Below, one piece after another: positions 8,461 to 17,158 of a DNA stretch of 59,802 bases. Position numbers and translations under genes: made by a program. Source of the stretch: a virus (taxonomy: Duplodnaviria; Caudoviricetes); IMG/VR virus record IMGVR_UViG_3300034167_000343, positions 1-59,802 of that record; one strand, given 5' to 3'. Each line of letters starts with the position of its first letter. The stretch's first letter is position 1. The notes below the pieces were generated by a model. That model saw only the letters and a list, made by a program, of their open reading frames with translations, searched no databases and had not been told where the DNA came from.

Positions 8461-8792
8461 TGGACATCGAACACCTGATTCAGCAGTACCGCGACATCGC
8501 GGAGCAGTACGCGCCGGCCCGTGCCAAGCGCGAGTACATCGAGGAATACAAGAAGAGCCTGCTCTCCATCCTCATGAAGGACGCGGAGCGCAATGGCGCC
8601 ACCAGCAACGCAGCGCAGGAGCGCGATGCGCGAGCCCGCGCCGAGTACCTGGAGCTGCTCGATGGCTTACAGGCCGCTGTCTTTGCGGAGGAGAAGCTGC
8701 GCTACCACATGAAGGCAACAGAGATCGAGATCGAGATCTGGCGCACCCGCGAGGCATCTGCGCGGGCGGAGCGAAGGATGTACGGGGCATGA
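8457..8792 (+). CDS. Conserved coiled-coil phage protein
   Basis: All-helical pattern with AQERDA and IEIWRT motifs. Confidence 0.8.
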   Translation: MMDIEHLIQQYRDIAEQYAPARAKREYIEEYKKSLLSILMKDAERNGATSNAAQERDARARAEYLELLDGLQAAVFAEEKLRYHMKATEIEIEIWRTREASARAERRMYGA

Positions 8793-8995
8793 GCGTTTCG
8801 ATCAGCACCGACAAGTCTTCTGTCGTTGACAGCGGCTACTTCTGGAGGCCGATGCAAACGTGTCCGCTGTCCAGAAAGGTTCAGCTCTTGGGCCTTGGCG
8901 GTGTGGCGGTCTACGGGCAGTGGAATGGCAGCGACACGTTCTGGCGGGGCTGGGCTCCGCTACCGAAGATCCCAAAGGAGATGAGAGATGAGTAG
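8789..8995 (+). CDS. DUF551-like small protein (68 aa)
   Basis: WRPMQTCP...WAPLP pattern; ATGA overlap. Confidence 0.7.
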   Translation: MSVSISTDKSSVVDSGYFWRPMQTCPLSRKVQLLGLGGVAVYGQWNGSDTFWRGWAPLPKIPKEMRDE

Positions 8996-9143
8996 CCCAT
9001 GTCGAGGTGACTGCAACCAGGGTCGTAGCTGCTACTGCGGTGAAAGCTCAGACGACACCGCTGATTTCGGGCTGGTCGTGGTCGTTTTCATTTGCGCTTC
9101 CGCTTCTGCCTTTTTGCTGCTGGTCGACTTGGTGACCAGATGA
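8988..9143 (+). CDS. Small Cys-rich membrane protein (51 aa; not in ORF track)
   Basis: MSSPCRGDCNQGRSCYC followed by a hydrophobic helix; GGAG RBS. Confidence 0.6.
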   Translation: MSSPCRGDCNQGRSCYCGESSDDTADFGLVVVVFICASASAFLLLVDLVTR

Positions 9144-9382
9144 AGGGCCGCGCCAGAACAGACATCACGGAGATCCGCCTCGGCGTGATCTCTTCAATCG
9201 AGAGGATCCGGCCGACTCTTGACCTGTCAGACGCCGACATTGAGATGGCCTGGGCGGAGATCGAGAGCTTCTGCGCCATTGCTCTGCGCGTGATGGCCAA
9301 GACCAACCCCAGCAAGATCAGGTCAGAGGCCATGACGGTCGAGATCAGCGCCCGGATGGATGGAAAGGAGTGCCTGGAATGA
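9140..9382 (+). CDS. Hypothetical protein (80 aa)
   Basis: ATGA overlap; start MKGRA. Confidence 0.65.
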   Translation: MKGRARTDITEIRLGVISSIERIRPTLDLSDADIEMAWAEIESFCAIALRVMAKTNPSKIRSEAMTVEISARMDGKECLE

Positions 9383-9527
9383 GCCCTACGCAAGTAGCCG
9401 CAATGCGGTCGGCGCCGGCAGAAGAAACGAGAAGACCCCGCCTTTCACCTGTGCCAGCAGGCCGCTCTGAGGAGCCTGTTTTTTCGGTGGAGACGGGGTC
9501 AAACATCAGCATATCTGAGGATAAGAA

Positions 9528-9905
9528 ATGACCACCTTAAGAGAAGCCGCCCAGCAGGCGCTGGAGGCGCTGGCTGCATGGGATGCGCTTATTGAGCATC
9601 AGTACTCCGGCACTCGCGCCGGGATGTCAGACCTGACGTGGGCGGCGCAAGCAACGCCTCCGGTAATGGAAGCCCTCCGCGCCGCGCTGGCAGAGCCGGA
9701 GCAGGAGCCGGCCGCCCTGTTGACGACCTGGGTGACTGAGACGGAGGCTGTGACGGAGCCCCTGTACAAGGCTGCGCCTCCGCTTCGGACGCTTACCGAC
9801 GCAGAGATCGGCGAGATCTGGTTCAGCGCCAGCATCCCGAACCTCAACGAGACAGCCGCCAGAAGGCTTATCCGGGCCGTAGAGGCTCGATTGGGAGGTC
9901 GGTGA
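9528..9905 (+). CDS. Hypothetical phage protein (125 aa)
   Basis: LREAAQQALEAL...LRAALAEPEQEP...LTDAEI mosaic motifs; GAGGA RBS. Confidence 0.8.
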   Translation: MTTLREAAQQALEALAAWDALIEHQYSGTRAGMSDLTWAAQATPPVMEALRAALAEPEQEPAALLTTWVTETEAVTEPLYKAAPPLRTLTDAEIGEIWFSASIPNLNETAARRLIRAVEARLGGR

Positions 9906-10306
9906 TGGCGAGGCCCTGGGGCGAGAACGCGGCGGTTATACGGGCCGTCCTGAAAGACCTTGGTCCGATGACATGCTCGGAGGTTCAGAAAGAGGCTGGC
10001 CTGACCAGAAACTCTGTGACGGCGGTGGTGTCTCGGATCCACCGATCGGGCGAGGCGCACATCACGGACTACGCATATGACGACGAGGGCGCGAGGCGGT
10101 ACCCCAGGGCGGTGTACGCCTGGGGCGCAGGCAAGGACGCGAAGAAGCCGAAATCAAACCTCTCATTGGATCGGAGCAACAACGAGAGGTTGGCGAACAA
10201 CAGGATCAAGACGGCGAGTGTGTTCAACCTTGGCATGACGCGGGCGCAGTGTCGCCAGATCAGGCGTGTAGCGATTGGGGGCGCTGGTGAACAAAATCAA
10301 CAGTAG
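9902..10306 (+). CDS. Putative HTH DNA-binding protein
   Basis: GPMTCSEVQKEAGLTRNSV HTH-like segment; YPRAVYAWG.GKDAKKP motif. Confidence 0.7.
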   Translation: MMARPWGENAAVIRAVLKDLGPMTCSEVQKEAGLTRNSVTAVVSRIHRSGEAHITDYAYDDEGARRYPRAVYAWGAGKDAKKPKSNLSLDRSNNERLANNRIKTASVFNLGMTRAQCRQIRRVAIGGAGEQNQQ

Positions 10307-10760
10307 ACAGAAAGGCGCCGCTGCGGAGCGGGAGCTGATCAAGGAGCTGCAAGACCACCTGGGCGACGAGATCGCCGGTCGAATGAAGCGCAACCTGGAG
10401 CAGTTCCGCAAGGGCGGTCATGACATCACCGGCCTGCCGGGGTGGGCCATCGAGGTGAAGCGCTACAAGCGGCTTTCTGATGCCGACCTGAACCGGTTTT
10501 GGGAGCGACAGGTGGTGGATCAGGCGCTGAGGGTCAAGTGCAGGCCGGTCCTGGCGTACAAGGGTGATTACAAACCATGGCGCGTTCGAATCCCTATCTG
10601 CCTGCTCCGCGATATTGGGTCAGCATGGGTCGATGAATGGGGCTGTCGATTTAACTGGACCGCCGATATCGGGATCGAGGCATTTGCATCAATGCTTCGT
10701 GAGGCTCACAGTGCATCCGTGTTGCTCGACGCTCCGAGCTTCAATACAATGCCGGCTTAG
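10287..10760 (+). CDS. Hjc-type Holliday junction resolvase
   Basis: SRQKGAAAERE, DI and IEVKR PD-(D/E)XK motifs. Confidence 0.85.
   Translation: MNKINSRQKGAAAERELIKELQDHLGDEIAGRMKRNLEQFRKGGHDITGLPGWAIEVKRYKRLSDADLNRFWERQVVDQALRVKCRPVLAYKGDYKPWRVRIPICLLRDIGSAWVDEWGCRFNWTADIGIEAFASMLREAHSASVLLDAPSFNTMPA
10722..10750 (+). promoter_or_regulatory. Sigma70-like promoter
   Basis: TTGCTC-17 bp-TACAAT. Confidence 0.6.
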
Positions 10761-10829
10761 CGACAGCCATGAGGCTGCACCCAGATGTGGTGAGCTGAAG
10801 CCCCGGCATGTCCGGGGTTTTTTGTTTTC
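10757..10829 (+). ncRNA. Candidate ~70-nt small RNA
   Basis: Lies between the promoter and an intrinsic terminator; two hairpins closed by a basal stem; no ORF. Confidence 0.45.
10798..10829 (+). terminator. Rho-independent terminator
   Basis: AAGCCCCGG-CATGT-CCGGGGTTTTTTGTTTT. Confidence 0.9.
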
Positions 10830-10911
10830 TTTGCGTGTAGATATTAAATCGCCGTTGAGCATTTCGAAGAAGACGCCCCGCACCCCCCGTTGGGGGATGC
10901 AGGGATCGTCA

Positions 10912-11280
10912 TCAACCGCCGAACAGCTTGCTTGTCAGCCGCTGCCACCAGCTCTTGCGCTTGCGCGGCTTGCGCTTGATTGGCTTTGGCGCCACCTCAA
11001 CAGGGGACGGCTGCTCTGCAACAAGGTACATGTCTCGCATATCAGGCGACCATTCCAACTGTTCCAGCCGCTTTTCGGCTTCCTTTTGCCGCTCCCAGCG
11101 CTTTTTCATCGTCGCTGATGCCGAGACAGAAGAGCGGGGCCGGTGCCTCTCTACGCCGAAACGGTCCAGTGTGTGGAAGATGGTGCAGAAATGGACGCCG
11201 TAAATCTTGGCGATCTCCGCTGCCGTGCCGGCTTTCTCCTTGTAAAGGCGCACGGCCTCACGTTGCTCTTTCATGGTCAT
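10912..11280 (-). CDS. HTH domain protein (resolvase/Hin-type HTH) with basic amphipathic C-terminus
   Basis: AVRLYKEKAGTAAEIAKIYGVHFCTIFHTL. Confidence 0.75.
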   Translation of the reverse strand: MTMKEQREAVRLYKEKAGTAAEIAKIYGVHFCTIFHTLDRFGVERHRPRSSVSASATMKKRWERQKEAEKRLEQLEWSPDMRDMYLVAEQPSPVEVAPKPIKRKPRKRKSWWQRLTSKLFGG

Positions 11281-11509
11281 TTTGAAGTGGCCACCTTGTC
11301 TCTTCTTGGAAGATCCTTTTGATCTCTGAGAGCTTGTTTCGCCGCCATCGGTGGTCGGATGGGCTTGCTGGGAGGAAGATGATTCGTTGTATTCCATGGT
11401 TGTTGATTACGATTGCTTTGTAGTGACCACCCCCGGATCGAGCCAGATACTCAACCCGGAGGTGCGCTTTCTCCAAAAACTGTCGCAAACTTAGTGCGAC
11501 GCGGTCCAT
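11258..11509 (-). CDS. HicA-like small protein
   Basis: SGGGHYK and PASPSDHR pattern typical of HicA-fold phage proteins. Confidence 0.6.
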   Translation of the reverse strand: MDRVALSLRQFLEKAHLRVEYLARSGGGHYKAIVINNHGIQRIIFLPASPSDHRWRRNKLSEIKRIFQEETRWPLQNDHERAT

Positions 11510-12021
11510 ACCTTTCCTCTCTTGATTTTCACTTCAGTGGGTGGCGCCCCCTCTGGGTATGTGATGAATCCGAAGTCATTGATTTTTGACTCGGGGTGAA
11601 CTTCATATGCGCCCCTGATTGCGGCACTGCTGATACGCCGCAGCCTTTGCCTTGCCTGCTCGACCGTGTCTCCTCTCTCTGTCGATCCATCACGCGCAAT
11701 GAGCAGGTACTCCCGTATGGCGATGTCAATACCTTCGACAGGCTTGTTGTCGGCCATTGCTGCCGTGATCAGTCCATCAGTTGCGATGCCAATAAAGTTA
11801 CCCCTTCGGTATGCGTCCTGCTCTCCGTCACAAATAGAGGCGCCAAATATCTTCCCGGGACTGCCATCGTTGCATCCGAACCCTCCTATTGCTTTGACGA
11901 GTTGAAACCTGGGCATCTGGAACCGGCGCCCCAGAAGCCCCCAGTTGAGGACCAGGATCTGGCCCTTGATATCCCCGACAAGAGGCCGAAGCCTCTCGTC
12001 GGTGCTCTCGATGAGATTCAC
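11491..12021 (-). CDS. Hypothetical protein (176 aa)
   Basis: GGFGC motif; GGAGG RBS + GTG start. Confidence 0.7.
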   Translation of the reverse strand: MNLIESTDERLRPLVGDIKGQILVLNWGLLGRRFQMPRFQLVKAIGGFGCNDGSPGKIFGASICDGEQDAYRRGNFIGIATDGLITAAMADNKPVEGIDIAIREYLLIARDGSTERGDTVEQARQRLRRISSAAIRGAYEVHPESKINDFGFITYPEGAPPTEVKIKRGKVWTASH

Positions 12022-12195
12022 CTACAGCCCTCCGATGTCGTAGAAGTGGAGCCAGACTTTGTTGCTGACGTCCTCCGGCATGAGGTCGCGCTGCCACATC
12101 AGCATGAGCGCCTCCTGGATCTCCTGAAGCCGCTCTGTGTAGCCATGCGCCTCACTGATCTCTAGCAAGACGTGCTGCTCCCAGCCGTCCTTCAT
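12022..12195 (-). CDS. Hypothetical protein (57 aa; not in ORF track)
   Basis: Hand translation MKDGWEQHVLLEISEAHGY...; ATGA overlap with the amidotransferase stop. Confidence 0.65.
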   Translation of the reverse strand: MKDGWEQHVLLEISEAHGYTERLQEIQEALMLMWQRDLMPEDVSNKVWLHFYDIGGL

Positions 12196-13163
12196 GCCAG
12201 CCAGCTCGGTGTGATGGAGTCGCTGGTGAAGAGGTCATCGATCCACTCCGCAGCCTCCACGTAGTCCTTGCGCACCAGATCAGAGAGGTCGCCCTCATCG
12301 AGGTCCTCGTACCAGTGCGACAGGACCTTGGCGGCCTTCTCGGGCGCGTCAAACACCCACTGCTCGATGCCGGCAACGCCGTGGCGGGACCACTGGTTGT
12401 AGGCCGCCTTCACGTACTTCTTGATCTGGCGGTCGCTCGACGGACGGACGTCGAAATCTTCGTCGGCCTCGTCAGGGAAGAGGTCTTGCGACTGAGGCTT
12501 GCTCGTGGTGGCGATGCGGCTTTGGAAGCCTTTTTCCCAGGAGCCGTCCCAGCCACCGTAGTGCCCGCCTTGCCACTGGACTTGCGCTTGCGGGGTACGA
12601 AACCCAAAGCGCGACGGCGTCCAGGCGTAGGTGTTGGACAGCCAGGAGTCGCAGAACTCGACGCCCGACTTCTTGTTGATGATGCAGCTCGAGCCGTCGG
12701 CATGGAGCAGGCCGAACTTGTTGCTGCTGCCGATGATGCTGCCCATGAACCTGATCCAGTGCGGATCATTCATGAGGCCCGGGTCGGCGGTCAGGGCAGG
12801 CGTCAGCACGTTCTTGATGAAGTGCCACGTATCGGACTTGGTGTGGTCCGCGTCGTTGCCCATCGAGAGCACGCCGTTGTGGGCGAGCCAGATGTCGTCG
12901 GTCACCCGGTACGGGTGGCAGTTCTCCATGTCCGTGTCGCCGTGCGTACGCATACGGGCGTGCCAGATGCAGTCACGCTTGTCGGCGTAGGTTCGGTAGA
13001 AGTCGATGAAGTCCTGAGAGGTGGCGGGCAGGCACTTGTAGATGTGCAGCTTGCCGCCCTCGGCGTACATGACGCCCAGGCCGTCGGAGTTCTTGTTGTA
13101 GACGTCGGTCAGGAAGTCGTCGGTGAAGCTGACGGAGCTGGGCTGTTGGGTCAAGAGGCACAT
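12192..13163 (-). CDS. Class II (Ntn) glutamine amidotransferase
   Basis: Cys2 nucleophile, N.DG.G, HARMRTHG, NCHPY, HNG and SDT motifs. Confidence 0.92.
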   Translation of the reverse strand: MCLLTQQPSSVSFTDDFLTDVYNKNSDGLGVMYAEGGKLHIYKCLPATSQDFIDFYRTYADKRDCIWHARMRTHGDTDMENCHPYRVTDDIWLAHNGVLSMGNDADHTKSDTWHFIKNVLTPALTADPGLMNDPHWIRFMGSIIGSSNKFGLLHADGSSCIINKKSGVEFCDSWLSNTYAWTPSRFGFRTPQAQVQWQGGHYGGWDGSWEKGFQSRIATTSKPQSQDLFPDEADEDFDVRPSSDRQIKKYVKAAYNQWSRHGVAGIEQWVFDAPEKAAKVLSHWYEDLDEGDLSDLVRKDYVEAAEWIDDLFTSDSITPSWLA

Positions 13164-13172
13164 GGTGTTTCC

Positions 13173-14606
13173 TTAAGCGGTTTCGAGGCGGTTGAGAACG
13201 TAGGAGCGCAGGGTCTTGGTCTCCGATGGGAGCTTCTGTTCTGCGAACTTGAGGAAGGACTCGTAGCCGAGGTTGGCGGCGGAGCAGTCACCGCAGGACG
13301 CGGTGTATTCACACAGGGCGTGGACGAACTCGATGGCGGCGACCAGCGACTCGTACTTCAGCGTGCCCCGGAAGATCCGGAACTCGATGGTCTTCTTGGG
13401 CGTCACGTTGACCGCCTCGTACCTGTCGCTGGACTGAAGGGCCTTGCCGACCTTGGCCTTCTCGTCCTTGATCCGGCAGAAGCCGGTCATGGCCTCGCCG
13501 TACCGGCGGGCCAGGGCGCTGATGAAGTCCCTGTTGTCCGGGCTGTTGACGAACGCCACGATCTTGGCGATCTGGAGCTTGGACAGCCTGTCGCGGTTGA
13601 CGTGGATGTGCAGGCCACAGTTCGAGCGGCCCCTGTCCCTGCCCTTGTGCGAGATCAGGCCCTTGGTCAGGCTTTTGTTCTCAAGCCACTTCCACAGCTC
13701 CCTGTGCGCCGGCAGGCTCATCGGGTTGGTGACGATCTCGAAGCCGTTGCTGAGGCTGCCGTCACGCTCGAAGAAGACTTGTGAGCCGACGCTGCCGCCG
13801 TTGATGGCGTCGTTCAGTTGGTGGGCCTTTGGCTCAAGATCCAGGTACCTGTCCATCGTCTCCACCTCCAGCTCCACGCCCAGGAAACGGCCGTGCTTGC
13901 TGGTCCAGCTGTCATGCTTGAAGCTGATCTGGTTCTTGCTGCTGTGGTAGCCCGCAATGACCGACGGGGTGGGCGGGTCGTAGTCGACGTGAACCCGCAT
14001 GCCCTGCTCGTCTCTGAAGATGAAGTCCTCGTCGTATTCGTGGACGCTGACGCGGTGGCCGTTTTCGTTGATGGCGGGGACTACGTCTGAGCTGTTGACG
14101 TAGCAGTCGTACCGATCGATGTACGTGAAGGCGTCGCCCTGACAGTCGCGGCAGATCGATGTTTCGGTGTACGTGCTGCACAGCCTGCCGTCGAACTCCC
14201 ACTCTTCGCAGTGGTCGCACCGGGTGATGCCGACGTGCTCCTGGATGTAGTCGTGACAGTCGTACTCGTCGTCTGCATCATCAAGCCTCGCCATCATGCG
14301 GTGCAGCGTGCTCTGGGAGCCCCCGAAATAACCCATCTCGACCTGTGCCACGACCATGGGCATGGCGTAGTGGGTCTGACCGTTTGCAAGCCTGTCAATG
14401 GTCGAAAAGATGAGGTCGCTGGCCCTTTGATTGATCGCCTCGCTGTAGGCCCAACCACCCTCTGTGGTGCGCAGCTTGCAGATCTTGTGGATCAGCTCAG
14501 AGGCGTGCTCAATGCGCTCTGCGGTGTCTAGCTTGTGGAACAGCCCCAGGAAGCGTTCCCTGTCCTTGATGAGTGCCTGAAAGTACGGAAGCTCGTACAT
14601 CTTCAT
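13173..14606 (-). CDS. Putative amidoligase (glutamine-synthetase-fold COOH-NH2 ligase) with N-terminal CxxC region
   Basis: GVELEVE, DGSL, GFEIVT, CGLHIH, RYEAVN and TIEFRIF motifs. Confidence 0.9.
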   Translation of the reverse strand: MKMYELPYFQALIKDRERFLGLFHKLDTAERIEHASELIHKICKLRTTEGGWAYSEAINQRASDLIFSTIDRLANGQTHYAMPMVVAQVEMGYFGGSQSTLHRMMARLDDADDEYDCHDYIQEHVGITRCDHCEEWEFDGRLCSTYTETSICRDCQGDAFTYIDRYDCYVNSSDVVPAINENGHRVSVHEYDEDFIFRDEQGMRVHVDYDPPTPSVIAGYHSSKNQISFKHDSWTSKHGRFLGVELEVETMDRYLDLEPKAHQLNDAINGGSVGSQVFFERDGSLSNGFEIVTNPMSLPAHRELWKWLENKSLTKGLISHKGRDRGRSNCGLHIHVNRDRLSKLQIAKIVAFVNSPDNRDFISALARRYGEAMTGFCRIKDEKAKVGKALQSSDRYEAVNVTPKKTIEFRIFRGTLKYESLVAAIEFVHALCEYTASCGDCSAANLGYESFLKFAEQKLPSETKTLRSYVLNRLETA

Positions 14607-14613
14607 GATTGGT

Positions 14614-14646
14614 CTCCAGAAATGAAAAAGCCCGCGTCAGCGGGCC
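14614..14646 (-). terminator. Terminator fused to RBS upstream of the amidoligase
   Basis: Minus strand reads GCCCGC-TGAC-GCGGGC-TTTTTCATTTCTGGAG. Confidence 0.75.
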
Positions 14647-14697
14647 GGGAAGAAGGAAGCGGAGAACCCGCCCCCCGTAGGGGCGGGGACGAAGCGG

Positions 14698-14892
14698 TCA
14701 CCGAAGAAGCACCACGATCGAGATGAACCCGATGACGGCGTAGATCACGGTTGCTGCGAACGACAGGCCATCCCTGCGTTCGATCAGTGCGGTTTGGAGC
14801 TGCTCCATGTCAAGGCTCGCTTCGTACCGCCTGGGCGGTTCGTAGTGAGACCCGATGAGCACCTTGCCGGTGTTGAATGGCGGCGTTTTCAT
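14698..14892 (-). CDS. Small membrane protein (64 aa)
   Basis: TGKVLIGSHYEPP motif and C-terminal TM helix; GGAGG RBS. Confidence 0.7.
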   Translation of the reverse strand: MKTPPFNTGKVLIGSHYEPPRRYEASLDMEQLQTALIERRDGLSFAATVIYAVIGFISIVVLLR

Positions 14893-15086
14893 GGCAGTAC
14901 CTCCTCTTCTGAATCTGACGATTCGCAAATCTCAAGAATATCTTGAGAGTAATGCTCATCAACCCCAGGTTCGTTATTCACGTTGAAGCATTCATTCGCA
15001 GCATCCGCCGCTGAATTCATATCTTCCGCCTCAATGGCGTACGTCTTGCGGATCACAGCCTGTATGGTTATTTTGTATGTTTTCAC
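14889..15086 (-). CDS. Small acidic hypothetical protein
   Basis: Overlapping start/stop tiling; YAIEAED motif. Confidence 0.7.
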   Translation of the reverse strand: MKTYKITIQAVIRKTYAIEAEDMNSAADAANECFNVNNEPGVDEHYSQDILEICESSDSEEEVLP

Positions 15087-15385
15087 AACAACTCCTCCGG
15101 GATATCAATCTCATCCCCCAGTTGGCAAGCAACGTATCCGCGCATGACGGCGACCAACGGTGTTGGCCCTTCGCAATAAGTCGACGATCCGCGACCTATG
15201 CAGGTTGCCACCCAAACACCATGAGCGCCCTGCAAGGACACGCACTCACGCTCGATGATTGGCCCACCTTGGTCCCATAGTTGGGACGGCACATAAAAAT
15301 CGAGGCCGGCGTAATCTTCGCCCTCGCACTTCGCTACCGCCCAGTCAAGGGCAGGGCCAGTCAGGTCAGATGTTTTGATCTTCAT
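15083..15385 (-). CDS. DUF2591/NinX-like phage protein
   Basis: LTGPALDWAVAK, W.QGGPIIERE and GPTPL.A.MR motifs. Confidence 0.85.
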   Translation of the reverse strand: MKIKTSDLTGPALDWAVAKCEGEDYAGLDFYVPSQLWDQGGPIIERECVSLQGAHGVWVATCIGRGSSTYCEGPTPLVAVMRGYVACQLGDEIDIPEELL

Positions 15386-15394
15386 GGTTTCCTT

Positions 15395-16060
15395 TCATGG
15401 TCTGCCGTCGGAGCCAACCCAGCCCATGCCGACGTAGTCATTGGGGTCCTCGTAGGCCGGCGGGTTTTCGCGCCAGGGCTTGATCTTCCAGTCGCCAATC
15501 ACCAAGGAGTTCTCTTCAGCGTTGCCGTACGCCCACTTCTGCGCCCAAAGCTCAAACGGAGCCACAGCAGGGAGAGGGATGTCTGGGTCGGGTATGCCGG
15601 CCTCGTCTTTTTCGTCGTACTGCCATCCCCACCAGCGGTAGTTGTCCCCCGGCGGCAAATCGTGAGAACCATCGCTGATCAGATAGCACTCGACCCAGGA
15701 CCCCTTGCGCAGGACGCTGAACCCGATGTAAGGCTCGTTGTCCTCCTGGTCGTGATCTGCGAGGTCCCAGGCTTTGTAGATTGCGGCAGATACGGCCTCA
15801 GGCGTCCAATCGCTGATGCTGGCGTAACCCAGTCCCCCGGTGTCTAAGTCGTCGGAGACAGACACTTCGATCTTGAGCTTGATGCCGTCTTCAGAGCGGA
15901 TCCGGGCTGACGCGATCTCCTTCTTGGAGCCGTACCAACCAGTGTCGAAAGGCTTGTGTTTCGCCAGGGCGGCGGCCAGGGCTTTCTCTTTTTCTGGATA
16001 CCAGTCGGCCAGACCGCAGTGGGAGCCGTCCCCGTGACTGAATTCTTCAATGATCTTCAT
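15395..16060 (-). CDS. Acidic, Trp-rich hypothetical protein (221 aa)
   Basis: AAGGAG RBS; long ORF in the operon. Confidence 0.75.
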   Translation of the reverse strand: MKIIEEFSHGDGSHCGLADWYPEKEKALAAALAKHKPFDTGWYGSKKEIASARIRSEDGIKLKIEVSVSDDLDTGGLGYASISDWTPEAVSAAIYKAWDLADHDQEDNEPYIGFSVLRKGSWVECYLISDGSHDLPPGDNYRWWGWQYDEKDEAGIPDPDIPLPAVAPFELWAQKWAYGNAEENSLVIGDWKIKPWRENPPAYEDPNDYVGMGWVGSDGRP

Positions 16061-16101
16061 GTGATCACTCCTTATTTAAGTTTTGTGCGTCTGTTTTAAT
16101 T

Positions 16102-16416
16102 TCAGTCATCCTTATTTTTGGATGGCTTATCACCAAGCTCCAGGTACCACGCATTGACGGCAAGGCGGCGCGTATACAGGGATTGCTTGCGCACATGCCT
16201 TACGTGGCAGTTGAATGCCTTGACCATCGGGGCATCCGTCGACCCGGTTACGGTTTGTCTGTCTTGGCTCGAATCCGTCCGCAAGATAGTCCAACCGTCG
16301 TTGCCGACCATGCGCTCATACAGGGCGTCATAGTCGGGGGTCAGTTTCATTGGAAACTCCTGAGGATCCCCGAGCCTTTCGTGAAGCAGCCCACTCAGTT
16401 TGAGCATTCGCTTCAT
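16102..16416 (-). CDS. Hypothetical protein (~104 aa; start uncertain)
   Basis: ATGA overlap with the upstream ORF. Confidence 0.5.
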   Translation of the reverse strand: MKRMLKLSGLLHERLGDPQEFPMKLTPDYDALYERMVGNDGWTILRTDSSQDRQTVTGSTDAPMVKAFNCHVRHVRKQSLYTRRLAVNAWYLELGDKPSKNKDD

Positions 16417-16745
16417 TCCACGGTCTCCTTGCCGGCGTGGCTCATAACGGCCTGGAGAGCAAGGTGGGAGGCCCTGGCGTTGTGGCCGCCAACGTGCCAT
16501 TCGGTGATCTCCTCCGGACGCAAACCGTCGGGGCCGCAGTAGTTCTTGCCGTTCTTCCAGTTGTAGATGGTGACGATCTCCCCGTCGTCGAAACGCAGGC
16601 CCCACTCGGCGTCCACTTTGTAGCCGTCTGCCTCCGTCGGCTGGCCAAAGGCGGCGACCAGCTGTTCGTACTTCAGGTGGACGTAACCCTGGAGGTGGGT
16701 ACCGTTGATGTCGATGTCGATTTCGTTGTGAGTCTTGAAGTCCAT
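16413..16745 (-). CDS. Conserved hypothetical phage protein (110 aa)
   Basis: GT.LQG, FG.P, KVDAEW, TIYNWK and EWHVGG motifs; AGGAG RBS. Confidence 0.85.
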   Translation of the reverse strand: MDFKTHNEIDIDINGTHLQGYVHLKYEQLVAAFGQPTEADGYKVDAEWGLRFDDGEIVTIYNWKNGKNYCGPDGLRPEEITEWHVGGHNARASHLALQAVMSHAGKETVE

Positions 16746-16759
16746 GAAGAAACTCCTGG

Positions 16760-17158
16760 TTAATTCAGATCGAGGCTGACCGAAGCGTTGCGCAGAACAC
16801 TCCTGACCTCCGACTCCATGCTGTCGCTGGTTACAAAGTCGTCGGTGTTGAGGTCTTCGAAATCAGAAGCGACGGTGTCGTAGCGGTCATGGTCATAAGT
16901 GCTGTTGTGGTCTTCCAGCGCTTTGTCGACGGCTTCGCCGACAAGCTCCTCAAGTTTTTCCTTATTGACGCTTTCGACGGGGAGCCTGAGTTCCAGGGCG
17001 GCAACCCTGTGTTTGAGGGCATCGATATCGATGTCGGTGACGAATTGGCCGATGGCGTTGTTGTACTGCTGCATAACCGCAGTCATACGCGCGTCCAGTG
17101 CGCTATTGATGGCGCGATCAAAAGCCTCGCTCAGGATTTGAATCAGGGTGTCACTCAT
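16760..17158 (-). CDS. Acidic coiled-coil hypothetical protein (132 aa)
   Basis: GAGGAG RBS; ATGA overlap. Confidence 0.7.
   Translation of the reverse strand: MSDTLIQILSEAFDRAINSALDARMTAVMQQYNNAIGQFVTDIDIDALKHRVAALELRLPVESVNKEKLEELVGEAVDKALEDHNSTYDHDRYDTVASDFEDLNTDDFVTSDSMESEVRSVLRNASVSLDLN

Noticed and set aside
12315-13784. 489-aa plus-strand ORF and other long antisense ORFs (1489-2586, 26617-27702, 52222-53346, 53704-54855)
   Set aside because: They are shadows of well-supported opposite-strand genes, expected from high-GC codon bias, and show no motifs.
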